DNA of 64,000 nt. It comes from Octopus bimaculoides. Its lineage: Eukaryota. Made by a program: the position numbers and the translations under genes. The notes under the pieces are model-generated. The model was not told the DNA's origin, did no database searches, and was given only the letters and a program-made list of their open reading frames with translations. The stretch lies in NCBI RefSeq assembly GCF_001194135.2, contig NC_068994.1, forward strand, positions 38,892,212 through 38,956,211, given 5' to 3'. Positions 52,942 through 64,000 of the stretch are shown here, piece by piece; the first letter of the stretch is position 1; every line of letters starts with the position of its first letter.

Positions 52942-53035
52942 CTGAAGGCAACATATTAAAAATGTAAACAAATATGTGCTTCAGCACAAACTCATTTGTA
53001 TAATGGTACAAGGTTGCAGGCCAGACAATAATTAC

Positions 53036-53129
53036 TAGTTGTCTGCAGAACAAACAGCTCTCATTCAGTTGTTCTTTGCTTGTTATGTTGGCCGTAACAG
53101 CTGGTGTTCTTAGATATGAAGAATTGTTT
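53036..53129 (-). CDS. Putative upstream exon of the same gene: NNSSYLRTPAVTANITSKEQLNESCLFCRQL
   Basis: Acceptor taattttctag|A and donor CTA|gtaatt. 94 nt, phase 2 to phase 0, compatible with the downstream phase-0 exons. The donor is only moderate. Confidence 0.45.
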
Positions 53130-53589
53130 CTAGAAAATTATATATTCTGATCTGATATTCAGATTTGACAAAAACAATTTTGCTTGTTATGAAAGATCAA
53201 ACAGAAAATTAGATTTTAATATTTGAAGGTAGAATTCCTGTTGGAATTTGTAATCAAAACCAAATCATCAACTCCATCAGTTCTAAATCTACTGCTACTC
53301 CATGGTGTGGCTGAATGGTTGAGAAGTTTATTTCATAATCATGAGATTCTGGGGTTAATACCACAGCATGATATCTTTGGGCTTATGTCTTTTTCCAAAA
53401 CCTCAGGATGATATCCAAGCATTGTGAATGAAACTAGGTGGAAGGAAACTGTCTAAAAGCTTATCAGAAAAATTATATCAGTAATTTAAAAGCCCAGCCT
53501 AGACACATCACAGTAATTACACCCAATAATTATGCTGAGTACTCATGTCTGTGGAATACTTAGCCACTTACATACTAATTCAATAAAGA

Positions 53590-53790
53590 GTTATGTTTTT
53601 TTCCCCTTTAACGTTGACTGTCTGAGTTCCAACCATATAAAAAAAAAAGGGATGTCTCATCCATATTACCGATTGCTTCCAAGGCAAACTCGTGGCTCTT
53701 TCATAGATCTATTACATACCAATGGAAGGAATCAACTTTGCTCTCTACATCAGTTAGTAATTTCTGTGTGATATGAGTACTCTGTTGATT
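53590..53790 (-). mobile_element. Second pogo transposase fragment including the first catalytic Asp
   Basis: Homologous to 51670-51830. Minus strand reads ALEAIGNMDETSLFFYMVGTQTVNVKG. Confidence 0.8.
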
Positions 53791-56039
53791 GAGCAACTGC
53801 ATAAACATCATAAAAACTAATGGGTATCTATTTATTTATTTTCTCTCTACTCTTTTCTTTTACCTTAACCCACATCTCTTAGCATAAAATGACTTGTCTA
53901 CCTTAAGTTTCATAGTCTGGTGAACTGCATGGCAACTGCACTAGTGCTGGTGATATGAAAAATAGCATCTAGTACACACTGTGGATGGCATTAGAAAGGG
54001 CATCCAGCCATAGAAAGCATGTGAAAACAGACACTGGAGCACTCCTTGTCTCCTTGCACTCCTTGGACCCAACAGATCCTTTCAAATTATCCAACCCATG
54101 CCAGCATGGAACAAGGCTGTTCAGTGATGATGATGATGACAGTTGAGAATGGTAAAGGATTTGGTATCTGAATCAGCAGAATTGGTGTAAGAAGAGTGTT
54201 GAAGTAAAAAAAAGTTATCTCTGAGGGCATTGAGTTCATAGAAAGTAGAGCTAGGGTAGACATATTTAGTGTAGAATGAAAAATTGTTACAAGTGTTAGA
54301 ATTATCCAGTTTTTTGTCATTCTTCCTAATATTCCCAGAAATGGTTCTTGTTATTATTTAGACCCAGGTCAACCTCAGTTGAACAGAACCATAAACACAA
54401 ATGTTCAAACCATAACTACCTCATGTTTTTCAGGCATAAATTAACTGGGATTACATTCTTTCATTTCATACAATGTATTATTTCCTTTCTTTAATGTAGT
54501 AAGGTGTGATTTTTGAGGGAGATTTGGCTGTTTTTGTAGCAGATCCAAAGATGGTTTACTGATTTCCTTGTTGGTTTGATGTTTGTGAGATATTATGAAT
54601 GTTTCTTAGAGAAAATGAAAAGGAAATCAAGTCTCATAATCAGCTTCACTGGACACTGAATCACTTCCTATATCAATCAAAGGAAGTTGCTTGATATTCG
54701 GTGCTCAGTGGAAAGGAACACTAATCATGAATTATGAAGAGGAGAATGTGAAATTTGAACCCTTTTGATAGGTCTTTTTCCCAAGAATTTTCAACAGATT
54801 CATGTTCCTTTACCGTCATGGAAACTTTTCCAATAGGTTTTCTCTGAAGATCCATGGATCCAGGGCAGACAAAAGATTAGGAAGCACCATATGAAAACCT
54901 ACGTTATCTTCAACAAGATACCTTATCAATTCCTTGCAACAAATTAAACAACATGGGCAATAGACTTGCAGAGTTGATAGCACAGCAGAAAATACTTTTG
55001 CAGTATTGCTCTGGCTCTCTGGGTGCTGAGTTCAAATCTCTCAGAAGTTAACTTTGCTTTTAAGCTTATTACAGCATTTATTCTTTAATGTCTACTTTTC
55101 TATGCTTACCTGGGTCAGAAGGAATCTATTGAGACAGACTTCCTGGGCTGGATGCTTTTCCTGTTGCTAATCCATACCTGTTTCCAGGTAAGGTAATATT
55201 TCTCTATGGCTAAACATGTTTCTCATGGAAGACTGGAAGTGAACAACATCATTTGTTTGAATTATACTTGTTTTCTACCATCATGTGCATCTATCAGATC
55301 TACTCACAAGGCTTTGGTTGGCCTGGCCCTATAGCAGAAAGCAATTGTCCAAAATGCCACATAGTGTGATTGAATCCAAGATCACATGGCTAGAAAGCAA
55401 ACTTCTTAACTACATGGATAAACTAAAGTACTACTCAAGTTTAATGCATTAGTAGGATTGTTTCTACATCAGGTAAGATATCTTGTGATACTTGTTATAG
55501 TTCTTTGATTTCTGAGTTCTTGGGTGATGAACTTAAACTAACCATCACCCAGTTTATAACTCTCAATTTGGTTCCTGGGCACTTTAGCAAAGTTCCACTT
55601 TGTTGCAAGCATTCAATTCAAGTTCAATTTACAGTTTAAAGATAACATCTTTCCTTACCCACATCAATTTTAGTGGGCCCTTCTTCACCCCAATAAAAAG
55701 ATCATGGATGAAGACCTCTCTTCCGTAAGTTGATGGTTAAAAATAAAATAAAATAATAAAGGAAAATAACAAAATGCACCAAAATGACTCAGGATAGCTA
55801 GATAGAGTTAAAGTGAATGACACATATCTACCATCAGTGGTATAGTTAGTGTGTCACTCGGGATAGCCTTTGTCTTTCTCACTTACCCTCACTCCCTATA
55901 CAGGCTTATACAGCAGACCCAAAAGTGTCACCCACATAAAGTGCTGCCCCAAGATGAACTGCCTCCAACAGCCACACCAAGTTATGCTATTGCCCACCTC
56001 TTGTCAGAATCCTTAATCTTCTCACTACTACATTGTCAC

Positions 56040-56323
56040 AACTTGACAATGTAGTAGTGAGGGTAGAGGAACGTCGCAAAGCTGTGACACGAGGAGATAT
56101 TGATGAATTGGGTATAACTGATCATGTATGAAAAAATGGAGACCACCTCCCCCTGTGGGATAAAGTTAAAATAATAGACAGAGAACACCACTGGAAAATA
56201 TGGAAACTAAAAGAAGCAGCACATATGCTAGGACACAACAACCTCCTAAACAGACTGAGTGCAGATATGAATAGCATATGGAAATTGGTATTAAGGAAGG
56301 ACAGGAAAATATTAGATTTATAA
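56040..56323 (+). mobile_element. Penelope-like element GIY-YIG endonuclease C-terminus (pseudogenised)
   Basis: Reads RVEERRKAVTRGDIDELGITDHV*KNGDHLPLWDKVKIIDREHHWKIWKLKEAAHMLGHNNLLNRLSADMNSIWKLVLRKDRKILDL*, which matches the PLE pattern (H..H..W..VKI+D.E..W..RK.KEA.H.....LNR). Confidence 0.8.
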
Positions 56324-56347
56324 GCCCTGAAACTCACTCCATAATTG

Positions 56348-56610
56348 CCCACGGGCATATGGCGTAGTAGTTAAGAACACGTGCTACTAACCCCAAGATT
56401 CTGAGTTTGATTCCAGGCAGTGACCTGAATAATAATAATGATAATAATAATAACATTGAAAAATACCTTAAGAATGAGAGCCCAGGTTCGAAATTTCCCC
56501 AAGACACCTGATGAAGGCTGGAGGGTATATCAGCTGAAACATTGTGTTAACAACAAACAAGATGAGGACAAATATCTGTCAAATGTAAATACTATAAATA
56601 ATGTAAATAA
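56348..56610 (+). mobile_element. tRNA-head + (AAT)n + hammerhead unit forming the 3' terminus of the Penelope ORF; hammerhead core CUGAUGA 56508-56514, GAAAC 56536-56540
   Basis: Highly similar to 25381-25668. It begins 24 nt after the GIY-YIG stop codon in the same orientation. Confidence 0.8.
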
Positions 56611-58424
56611 AACTTTCATAGTTTTACCTTTTGTCATCTCTTTTACAATCAAATAAACTACAAGAATCACATGAAGTGTGAGCTAATATAGTTTAATTAG
56701 GGAACACTGTCCCCACAACCATTATTTTTATTAGTTAATTAATTAATTAATTAATATTACACTCATAGTCCAGAGAAATGATAATAAAATTTAATGATTA
56801 AATCTAATTGAGAACAAGGATGATAGCACCAAAATCTAAATTAGGAAATGAAAATTAAGCAGGTATATTGAAATAGACCCCTCCCATACACACATGTGCA
56901 TATGTGAACACACTCACACACAGATGCACACGTACACACACACACACATACGAGCACATATATTCTATTTGTCTGTGTCTGTGTTTATTGTTTATGCCAG
57001 CTAGCTGAAGTTGTGTTTATGTCAAAACCCTTTAAGTGCCCCAACTTAACAGTTTGATAAATAGATATCGCCAAAATAAGTATTAGACAGAAATATGAAT
57101 TAGAATCAATATTGTTGACTGGAATCTGTGAAGGTGGTGCTTGGCTACAGTCTAATGACTAAATCCAGTGAAAGAGTGTAATATTGTATCACTTGAAAAC
57201 TGAGAAAACTGTGGTGCTTCAGAACATGATGCAAGAGAAAGTATTAAAGAGCAAATAAATAAATGTCATCTATGCTTATACAAATATTTGCAAATACAAT
57301 GTGTTTTTTTTTTTATGTGTCTATGTATATGTGTATATACATATATGCACAGATATAAATATATGTGTGTAAGTAAATAACTGTATATAAATATATATGT
57401 AAAGATATCTAAATCCTAAATGTGCATACACACACACACACAAATATATTTACACAAATGTATATTGATAAGGTGGGACATTTGAAGAACCATTTATTTC
57501 AGTGTTGAATGTAATGTCTAGTTTTCATTAGTTATAAACTCTCCATATTCTCACAAGACCAATTTTAACTTTTATCTTTCCAGGGTCCATAAATTTTAAC
57601 TTAACCAACTGCTTCCTACTTCAAAATTTTATGGCCTTATGCCAGCATGGGCTGCAAAGCCAATGACCAGCTTAGATTAACTGGCAGTTCAACTAGACGT
57701 GGATCAAAAAGGTGGATTGCCTAATGATGCTAGTTAGAAACAGTCTTGGTTACAAATACAGTAAAAGCACATGTAACATAGCAAGACATCCTTCTTTATA
57801 CACGGGAGGGGTAAAGCAAACAAGCAAACAAAAAAAAAAAGGAAAAGAAAATGAGAAACAAAAGCATAACTTTTTCTTCCTTTTTGTCTTTTTTTTTTCA
57901 TTCATGGAATTCTTGAAAGTACAAGATTAAAAACACATTTTAATTGTGTTTGTTCTGCTGTAAAGAACATCTTAACCTTGATTCTTTTCTCCCATGATTC
58001 CCTTTTGACACAAATGTCTTCCATTCATTTGGAGATTGTGAAAAACAATTTAAGGTGTACTCGGGCATACATACATTGACAGCTATAACAACACCTCCTC
58101 CCCTCCCCAACCAGTCTTCAACACTCGTTCAGGTCCTTCTCCTTCTTCTCCTTCTGTTACTGCCTTCACTTTCGCACTTCTCAATAGTCCTGACACATCC
58201 CTTCAAAAGAAATTTCACAGGATTACTCTGACAAAGCTGAAATGAAAGGTTTGTGGATTGGAGCTCTCCTCACAATCCACTGATCAGGAAATATTACTGT
58301 AATGTCATTTCCTCATACATCCATATAATTGCTTCTTTTTTTCTTTCTTTAATTCAGTGATAACATCAAACATGACAACTAGTGTGTTTAGTCTCCTTTT
58401 TATTTCTTAGATTTTTTTAATTTA

Positions 58425-58817
58425 TTTGTTTCAGTTATTAGACTGTGGCCATGCTGGATAACACCTTGAAGATTTTTTAGTGAAAGGAATCCACCCCAGT
58501 ACCATTGTTTTTAAAGCCTGGTTTCTTTTGCTGTACTGCTAGGTTACTGAGAAGTAAACACACCAACACCGGTTGTCAAGCGGTCGTGGGGCACAAACAC
58601 AGATACAGAAACACATACACACATAGATGTACCCGTATACACACATACACACACATATATATGATGGGCTTCTTTCAGTTTCCAAATCCATTCACAAGTC
58701 TTTGATCAGCCAGAGGCTAAGGTAGAAGACACTGGTCTAAGGTGTCACACAGTGGGATTGAACCTAGAACCATGTGGTTGGGAAGCAAGCTTCTTTCCAC
58801 ACAGCTGTGCCTGCACC
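58425..58817 (-). mobile_element. Family-A SINE, full length, reverse orientation
   Basis: Reverse complement of 13045-13415. Confidence 0.9.
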
Positions 58818-59759
58818 CATTTTCTTGAAATTTTTATGACAAGAAAATAAGTTGAAGCCTTTTTTATTGTGTGAATCTTTATATGCAAAGATATCAGGGT
58901 GTAGGAGTGTGTGTATCAGTATGTACCTGAGTATAATTGTGTTTGTTGTTTTACATGTTTTGGGCATGTTGTTGATGTTGAGAAGCAAAGTTATGCTGGA
59001 AGAATTCTAGCCATGACCATCACATTTCATTTCATTTTTTTTTTTTGCTTGTTTGTTTTGCATCTCTATCAACACTATAGTCTGTGCCATTTTTCCTCCC
59101 AAAATATTAGGTTGTGATTTTACTGCTATTTTTAGCAGGATGAGGAACTACATAGAATCTCTTTTACCTATGTCTATTTCTGTATGTGTGTGTGTCTATG
59201 TGGGGGATCTAATTTTATTATATGATTATTTTTTTCCTGGAGAAGGGGTGGGTGAATGATTTGCATGCTAAATCAGAGACTTGTATCCTATATATAGTCT
59301 GTCTGATTCCTACTAAGCAGAATTATTCCATTTCTGAGATATATTTAAAATGTTTTTAGCAGAGCATTAATGGAAAGTACTTAAGCTCCAGGTAAACCCA
59401 ATCTTTAGCCTAGTCATGGTAAACAATTCAAGGCTTTATTGAGATAACAGAAAACCATGAGAAAAAGCATTAATATCACAAATCATAGACTTCTCTCATT
59501 CAATATAAATGTTAGATTGTTGTTTTTTACTGAAGCCAATCCTGCCTCAGTACACCCATGAGTGAAGGTGTTCCAGCTATGACCATCCAGTCTGTTTTCA
59601 TATCAAAGACAAATGTATTTTCTATATTTTTAAGATGATTATGTGGGATTTGAAAATGATTTGTTTGGCATTTGTAGCAGTTTGAGTTAATGTGTAAACA
59701 GTAGTGTAACCAGTATGTGTTCCATCTGAGCAGCTCTCGAACTTGCTGCTTCCCAATCC

Positions 59760-60330
59760 CTAGACAGGCTTATATATGGTTTCATGCCCTTGTTTGATGG
59801 GCTGGGTTATTCCAAGTTAGTGGTCCCAGAGGCATCATCATGCATAGATCCAACAGATCAACCAGTGCTCTCCCTCACTGGCAGTCCTGTGCCAGCCCTT
59901 CTACATCCTCCAGGGTGATGTCAAACTTCTGGAGATCTTCCCCAATCATGTCCAGCTATCTGGTGTGGGGCCAGCCAAGAGGCCTCTTCCAGCACACAGT
60001 TGCTGAATGAAATGGTAGTAAAGCTATGGTAGGATGATCACACAGGAGAAGAAGGACATGTCCATACCAGTACATGCTACTGATAGCTATGAGATGGAAG
60101 GCTGCAGGCTGATGCATGTGCACACACAGTTTTTTGTTGAAAACAAGGGAAACCTGACCCTGGAGGTCAACCACAGATGTGACCATGTACTCCTTATGGA
60201 AGCCCCTCTAGTGCCATTACTTTGTTTCCTGGAAGACAAAGCTCTGCATCTGCAATGCACTGGTCCTCTCCATTCTCCTCTATGGAGCAAAAACATGGCT
60301 CCTCTCGAAGACCTTAGCAAAGAAGGTTAG
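59760..60330 (-). mobile_element. RTE-like LINE C-terminal fragment
   Basis: Minus-strand remnants GASIRSTWSHLWLTSRVRFPLFSTK and WKRPLGWPHTR resemble the RTE C-terminus (GRPR.RW). Confidence 0.6.
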
Positions 60331-60868
60331 TGGATTCAATAGCAGAACCCTGAGGCTTATACACCAGAACTAAAAGTACCATCCTTGTAAAAATGCCACC
60401 AGAAACAGACCACTCTCATAACCCATCATTAACTAGACTATTGTGTGTAAAGTTTCCTTTGTTGGCTTAGATTTTATATTTTTCTAGAGAGTGCAACAGT
60501 TTATAATTCCAGTATAAAGAGTGGAATAGTTTATCATTCTCCCTTTGAGAAACAATGACAGATCCCATAGATAGATATGCTTTCAATTTTTTCCTCTTTA
60601 TAGATATAATTAACACACTATTTATGAATGTTGAACAGCAAGCACAGAAAAAATACTATGCAATACTCAAATATGTTGCGCTATATTTTCTGTTCAAATC
60701 CTCTTGAGATCAATGTTGCCTTTCATCTATCTCGGTCTAACAAGATTAGTTTTAGATAAGTACTTTGATTAATTTAATTAGCTGAATCCCTTCCTCCCCC
60801 AGACCTGACACTATATGCCTAACTTAAAGGTCAATGTACTTAGAATTTTTTAACTTTGAAAATAAGCT

Positions 60869-60879
<11 letters not shown>

Positions 60880-60899
<20 letters not shown>

Positions 60900-61400
60900 C
60901 ATCATCAACATCATTATCATTATTTAACGTCTATTTTCCATGCTGGTATGTGTTGGACAGCTTGATCAGAACTGGTAAGGCCAGGCGCTACAGCAGGTTC
61001 CATAGTCTATTTTGGCTTGGTTTCTATGACCGGATGTCCTTCCTAATGCCAACCACTCGACAGTGTACTGGCTGCTTTTTATGTGGCACCCTGGTTTTAG
61101 GATTTCAATTCTATTGTTGTGGGCAGATCTTGTAAAGCAATGTACCACATATCTCGGTCCCCTGTCATCTCCTTTACAAGGTTCAGCATTTTGAGATCAG
61201 CCATCAAGATTTCATCCCATGTCTTTCTGAGTCTCCCTCTTCTACAACTCCCCTTCACTTTAAGTGATCAGTACTTCTTCACACAACTGTCCTCATCCAT
61301 CTGCATCACATGACCAAACCAGCACAGTCTCTTCTCTTGTACACTGCATATAATTCTTCTTATGCTCAATTTCTCCCTCAATACACCAATGCTCTGTCAC
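60880..61400 (-). mobile_element. RTE LINE 3' fragment, same family as 43528-45087
   Basis: Minus strand reads EKRLCWFGHVMQMDEDSCVKK..GSCRRGRLRKTWDEIL, with the shared 3' UTR and a (GAT)n tail at 60870-60925. Confidence 0.85.
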
Positions 61401-63092
61401 AAAAATTTTACAAATTTTATGTTAATATAAAAAGTATAAATTTGTATCAGTAAAAACCTGAATACTGATTTACAAATTTTAGTATCAAACCAAAATTTCA
61501 CAAGGAAAACTTATAGATCTCAGTACATTACTGGTATGCATTTTATAGACTTGGAGGGAATGGAAAAATATACAGCAAAACATTCGTAGAAGCATTTATC
61601 ATTTCTACCATTCCTATGTCTAAAAAATATTGAGTTATTTTTAGAGAAAAACAAATCAACAAAAACATAAAATTTAATTTAATTTCCACTAAATTCATTT
61701 TCTGTTTAGCAGTATGACAGTTAATTTTCTTAAACAACATGGTGAAAAAATATCAAAGGGAGATTAGAGAAAACAAACAAATATTTTTAAACGTATGCAA
61801 ATATTTAATTCCTTATTTTACTGTCTTAACTAATACACAAAACTTTCTGTTCTTATCCAATTTTTCTATATTTCACTTTGTATTATTGACAGGTTTAAAT
61901 TTCTATTACTAAAGTGTTTATATGCATATACATGTAAGAAATTTAAAAAAAAAATACTTTTATGGAATGGAAATGTTCTGTCAAACTTTTGACTAGAAAT
62001 TTCGCTGAGAAACTTAATCCATTCAGCGGTATAAAAGATGCATGGGCATATAAGATGCTCCCCAATTTTGGCAGTGCACATTCAATAAAAATTATTTTAG
62101 TGCATTAAATTTTATGGGAAGCCTGGTTACACATATAGGATCCAGGGTGATGTTTTGAGACATATTTGGTGTGAAAAAATTTCTCTTATATACCATCAGA
62201 TATGGTGTGTGTATATAGTATATAGAGGGTTGATGAACCCATTAATGGATATTTTCTTACCAATCTATTGAATATGGAAAAACTTAATGAAAGAACAAGA
62301 CATTAATAAAGTGTGGTGCCTACAAACTACTTTACTTTAGAATCCTATTCTCATCTATGATGCAATATACAATTATTAAATCAAACCCAGAATTCATTAA
62401 AAAAATTTTTTTTTGTCAGGAAAGAAGAGAGTGTTTGTGATCATTCACAAGACCTCTAAAACTAGTGAGAGAGAGAGAAAGAGGAAATTATCCTTAAATT
62501 AGAGGCTTGGTTTTAATGCTTGCTACAAATTTCTACATTGATCCCTATACTTAACTGGTGCTTATTTTACTGATCTCAAAAGGATGAAAGGCAAAGTCAA
62601 CTTTGGCAAAATTCGAACTCAGAAAATAAAAATGGATGAAATGTCACTAAGCATTTTGCATGGCATGCTAATAATTCTGCCAGCTGGCCACCCTGAAGTA
62701 GGAGTCAGAAATTGATTAATATTTTATGTATCAACACCAGATAGAAGGATGAAAGGTAAAATTGGATTAGGTTGGATTTGAACTTGGAATATAAAGAACC
62801 ATAAAGAAAGAACACTGATATTATGTTTAATACTCTACTGATTCAGCTAATCCAACAGAGTTTTTTTTCACTAGGAACAAGAAGAACTTACTACCTCTTC
62901 ACAATACTTATAGAAGCTTTTAAGCCGTGAAGAATGATAATATTTATATCATTGATAAAAGTAATGTCTTCAAAAATGATATAAAAAATACATGAATAAA
63001 TTCAAAAGGAAATGTCTAGAAAAACTTTTAAAAGCAAAAAAATAAAAAAATAAATAACATTTACAGATGAAACTAGTCATTTTGCTACATAC

Positions 63093-63157
63093 TTGTTAAT
63101 GTCATTAACTGTAATGGGAGACATTGTCTAGTAGAGACAGTCACTTGACTGAGAAGA
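63093..63157 (-). CDS. Putative upstream exon (SSQSSDCLY*)TMSPITVNDIN-K with alternative acceptors
   Basis: Donor ACAA|gtatgt at 63092. Acceptors tacttgtattcag| (63157) and ctgtctctactag| (63127). The frame that ends in phase 2 matches the 53129 exon but contains TAG unless the downstream acceptor is used. Confidence 0.3.
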
Positions 63158-64000
63158 CTGAATACAAGTAAATAGCCATTAATAGCATATATTAGACTTT
63201 TTAGAATATATACATGAAAAATGAACAAAAATAATGTACAAAAGTCAACCAAAACCACATTAATGTAATAAGCATTCTGAACATTAGATAATAATGATTG
63301 TACAATTTTATAAAATATATTGCACAAACATTGGCGGTAATGATAAGATACAGAAAAATAAAAGACCTCACAAGAATGATCTACAGTTAATCAAAATGCA
63401 ATATCACTAACATTAGTGTGTTGGTCATAAAATCAATTTATACTGAATAAGGTTCAATAAAACCATTTGCAAATGTGTGAAATTCAGTGAAAAATTTAGT
63501 TACTCAACTGTGTGTTAGAATATAAAATGAAGGAAAAGATAGAATATTTTCAAGCAGAGAAGAGAAAACTCATTAAAAATGGAATTTCATATTTTCATCA
63601 AGAGCTGCTTACACGGAGATATGTGCTTGATTTTGCAGTAATTAATTATAATTTAATAAGTAAATACATAACATAAATAAAATTACTTATGTGCACAGAG
63701 GAATTTTATGCATGGATGTGTAGCTACATGAGATTATATCATGTATATCAATTATCCATTCACTTCCATTTAACCTCAATCAGCAGTGATGAAATATGTT
63801 CTAATGAGAATATTATATATGCTCCCACACATCCATATGTGTATAGTAACGTGTGTTTGTATGTGTATGTATGATTATAGATAAAATATGTTATATGTTT
63901 CCATATAATATTCATACATATACACAGACATATAAATATATATGCATACTCAAGTATATACACACACGTTTATATAAATGTATATTCATACATACACATA

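Noticed and set aside
54600-54845. Minus-strand protein-like pieces RKPIGKVSMTVKEH.. and PNIKQLPLIDIGSDSVSSEADYET*
   Set aside because: They are in different frames separated by stops, with no consistent splice pattern. Possibly an old transposon or pseudo-exon.
58075-58235. Minus-strand segment with a strong acceptor and a GTATGT donor
   Set aside because: All three frames contain stops. It could be a non-coding or poison exon, but there is no support.
59360-59391. Plus-strand 32-nt exon-like QSINGKYLSS
   Set aside because: It is isolated, opposite to the supported gene, and expected by chance.
1-64000. CRISPR arrays, rRNA, operons or prokaryotic systems
   Set aside because: There is no repeat-spacer array, rRNA-like sequence or gene-dense region. 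The window is eukaryotic intronic or intergenic DNA.

Overview
AT-rich, repeat-dense eukaryotic DNA with eight N gaps, each abutting a (TA)n/(CA)n microsatellite. The SINE, RTE and Penelope repertoire points to a coleoid cephalopod, most likely Octopus (inference from remembered repeat families, no database run). Almost every entry in the ORF track is a microsatellite or transposon artefact. One host gene is supported, on the minus strand. Two phase-compatible exons (50129-49979 and 43033-42774) encode a cytoplasmic-type tail with DSGHGGSE, YYEELP and KPLPPIP motifs, most like a protocadherin. Weaker upstream exons lie at 63.1, 53.1 and 52.9 kb, and the ectodomain would be beyond the right edge. 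The rest is mobile DNA: three or more tRNA-derived SINE families, RTE, CR1/L2 and R4/Dong-like LINE fragments, a full-length decayed mariner, pogo and Merlin-like remnants, a hAT MITE and a long fold-back element. The most striking observation is a set of hammerhead-ribozyme-bearing Penelope-like (PLE) termini from at least three families. In one family the terminal unit is a Pol III tRNA-like head, an (AAT)n linker, a minimal hammerhead and a 3' hairpin. It follows a GIY-YIG ORF stop directly at 56.3 kb and also occurs as a head-to-head dimer inserted in one event with a 12-bp TSD at 25.0-25.7 kb. All structures were read by eye and many repeat boundaries are approximate.
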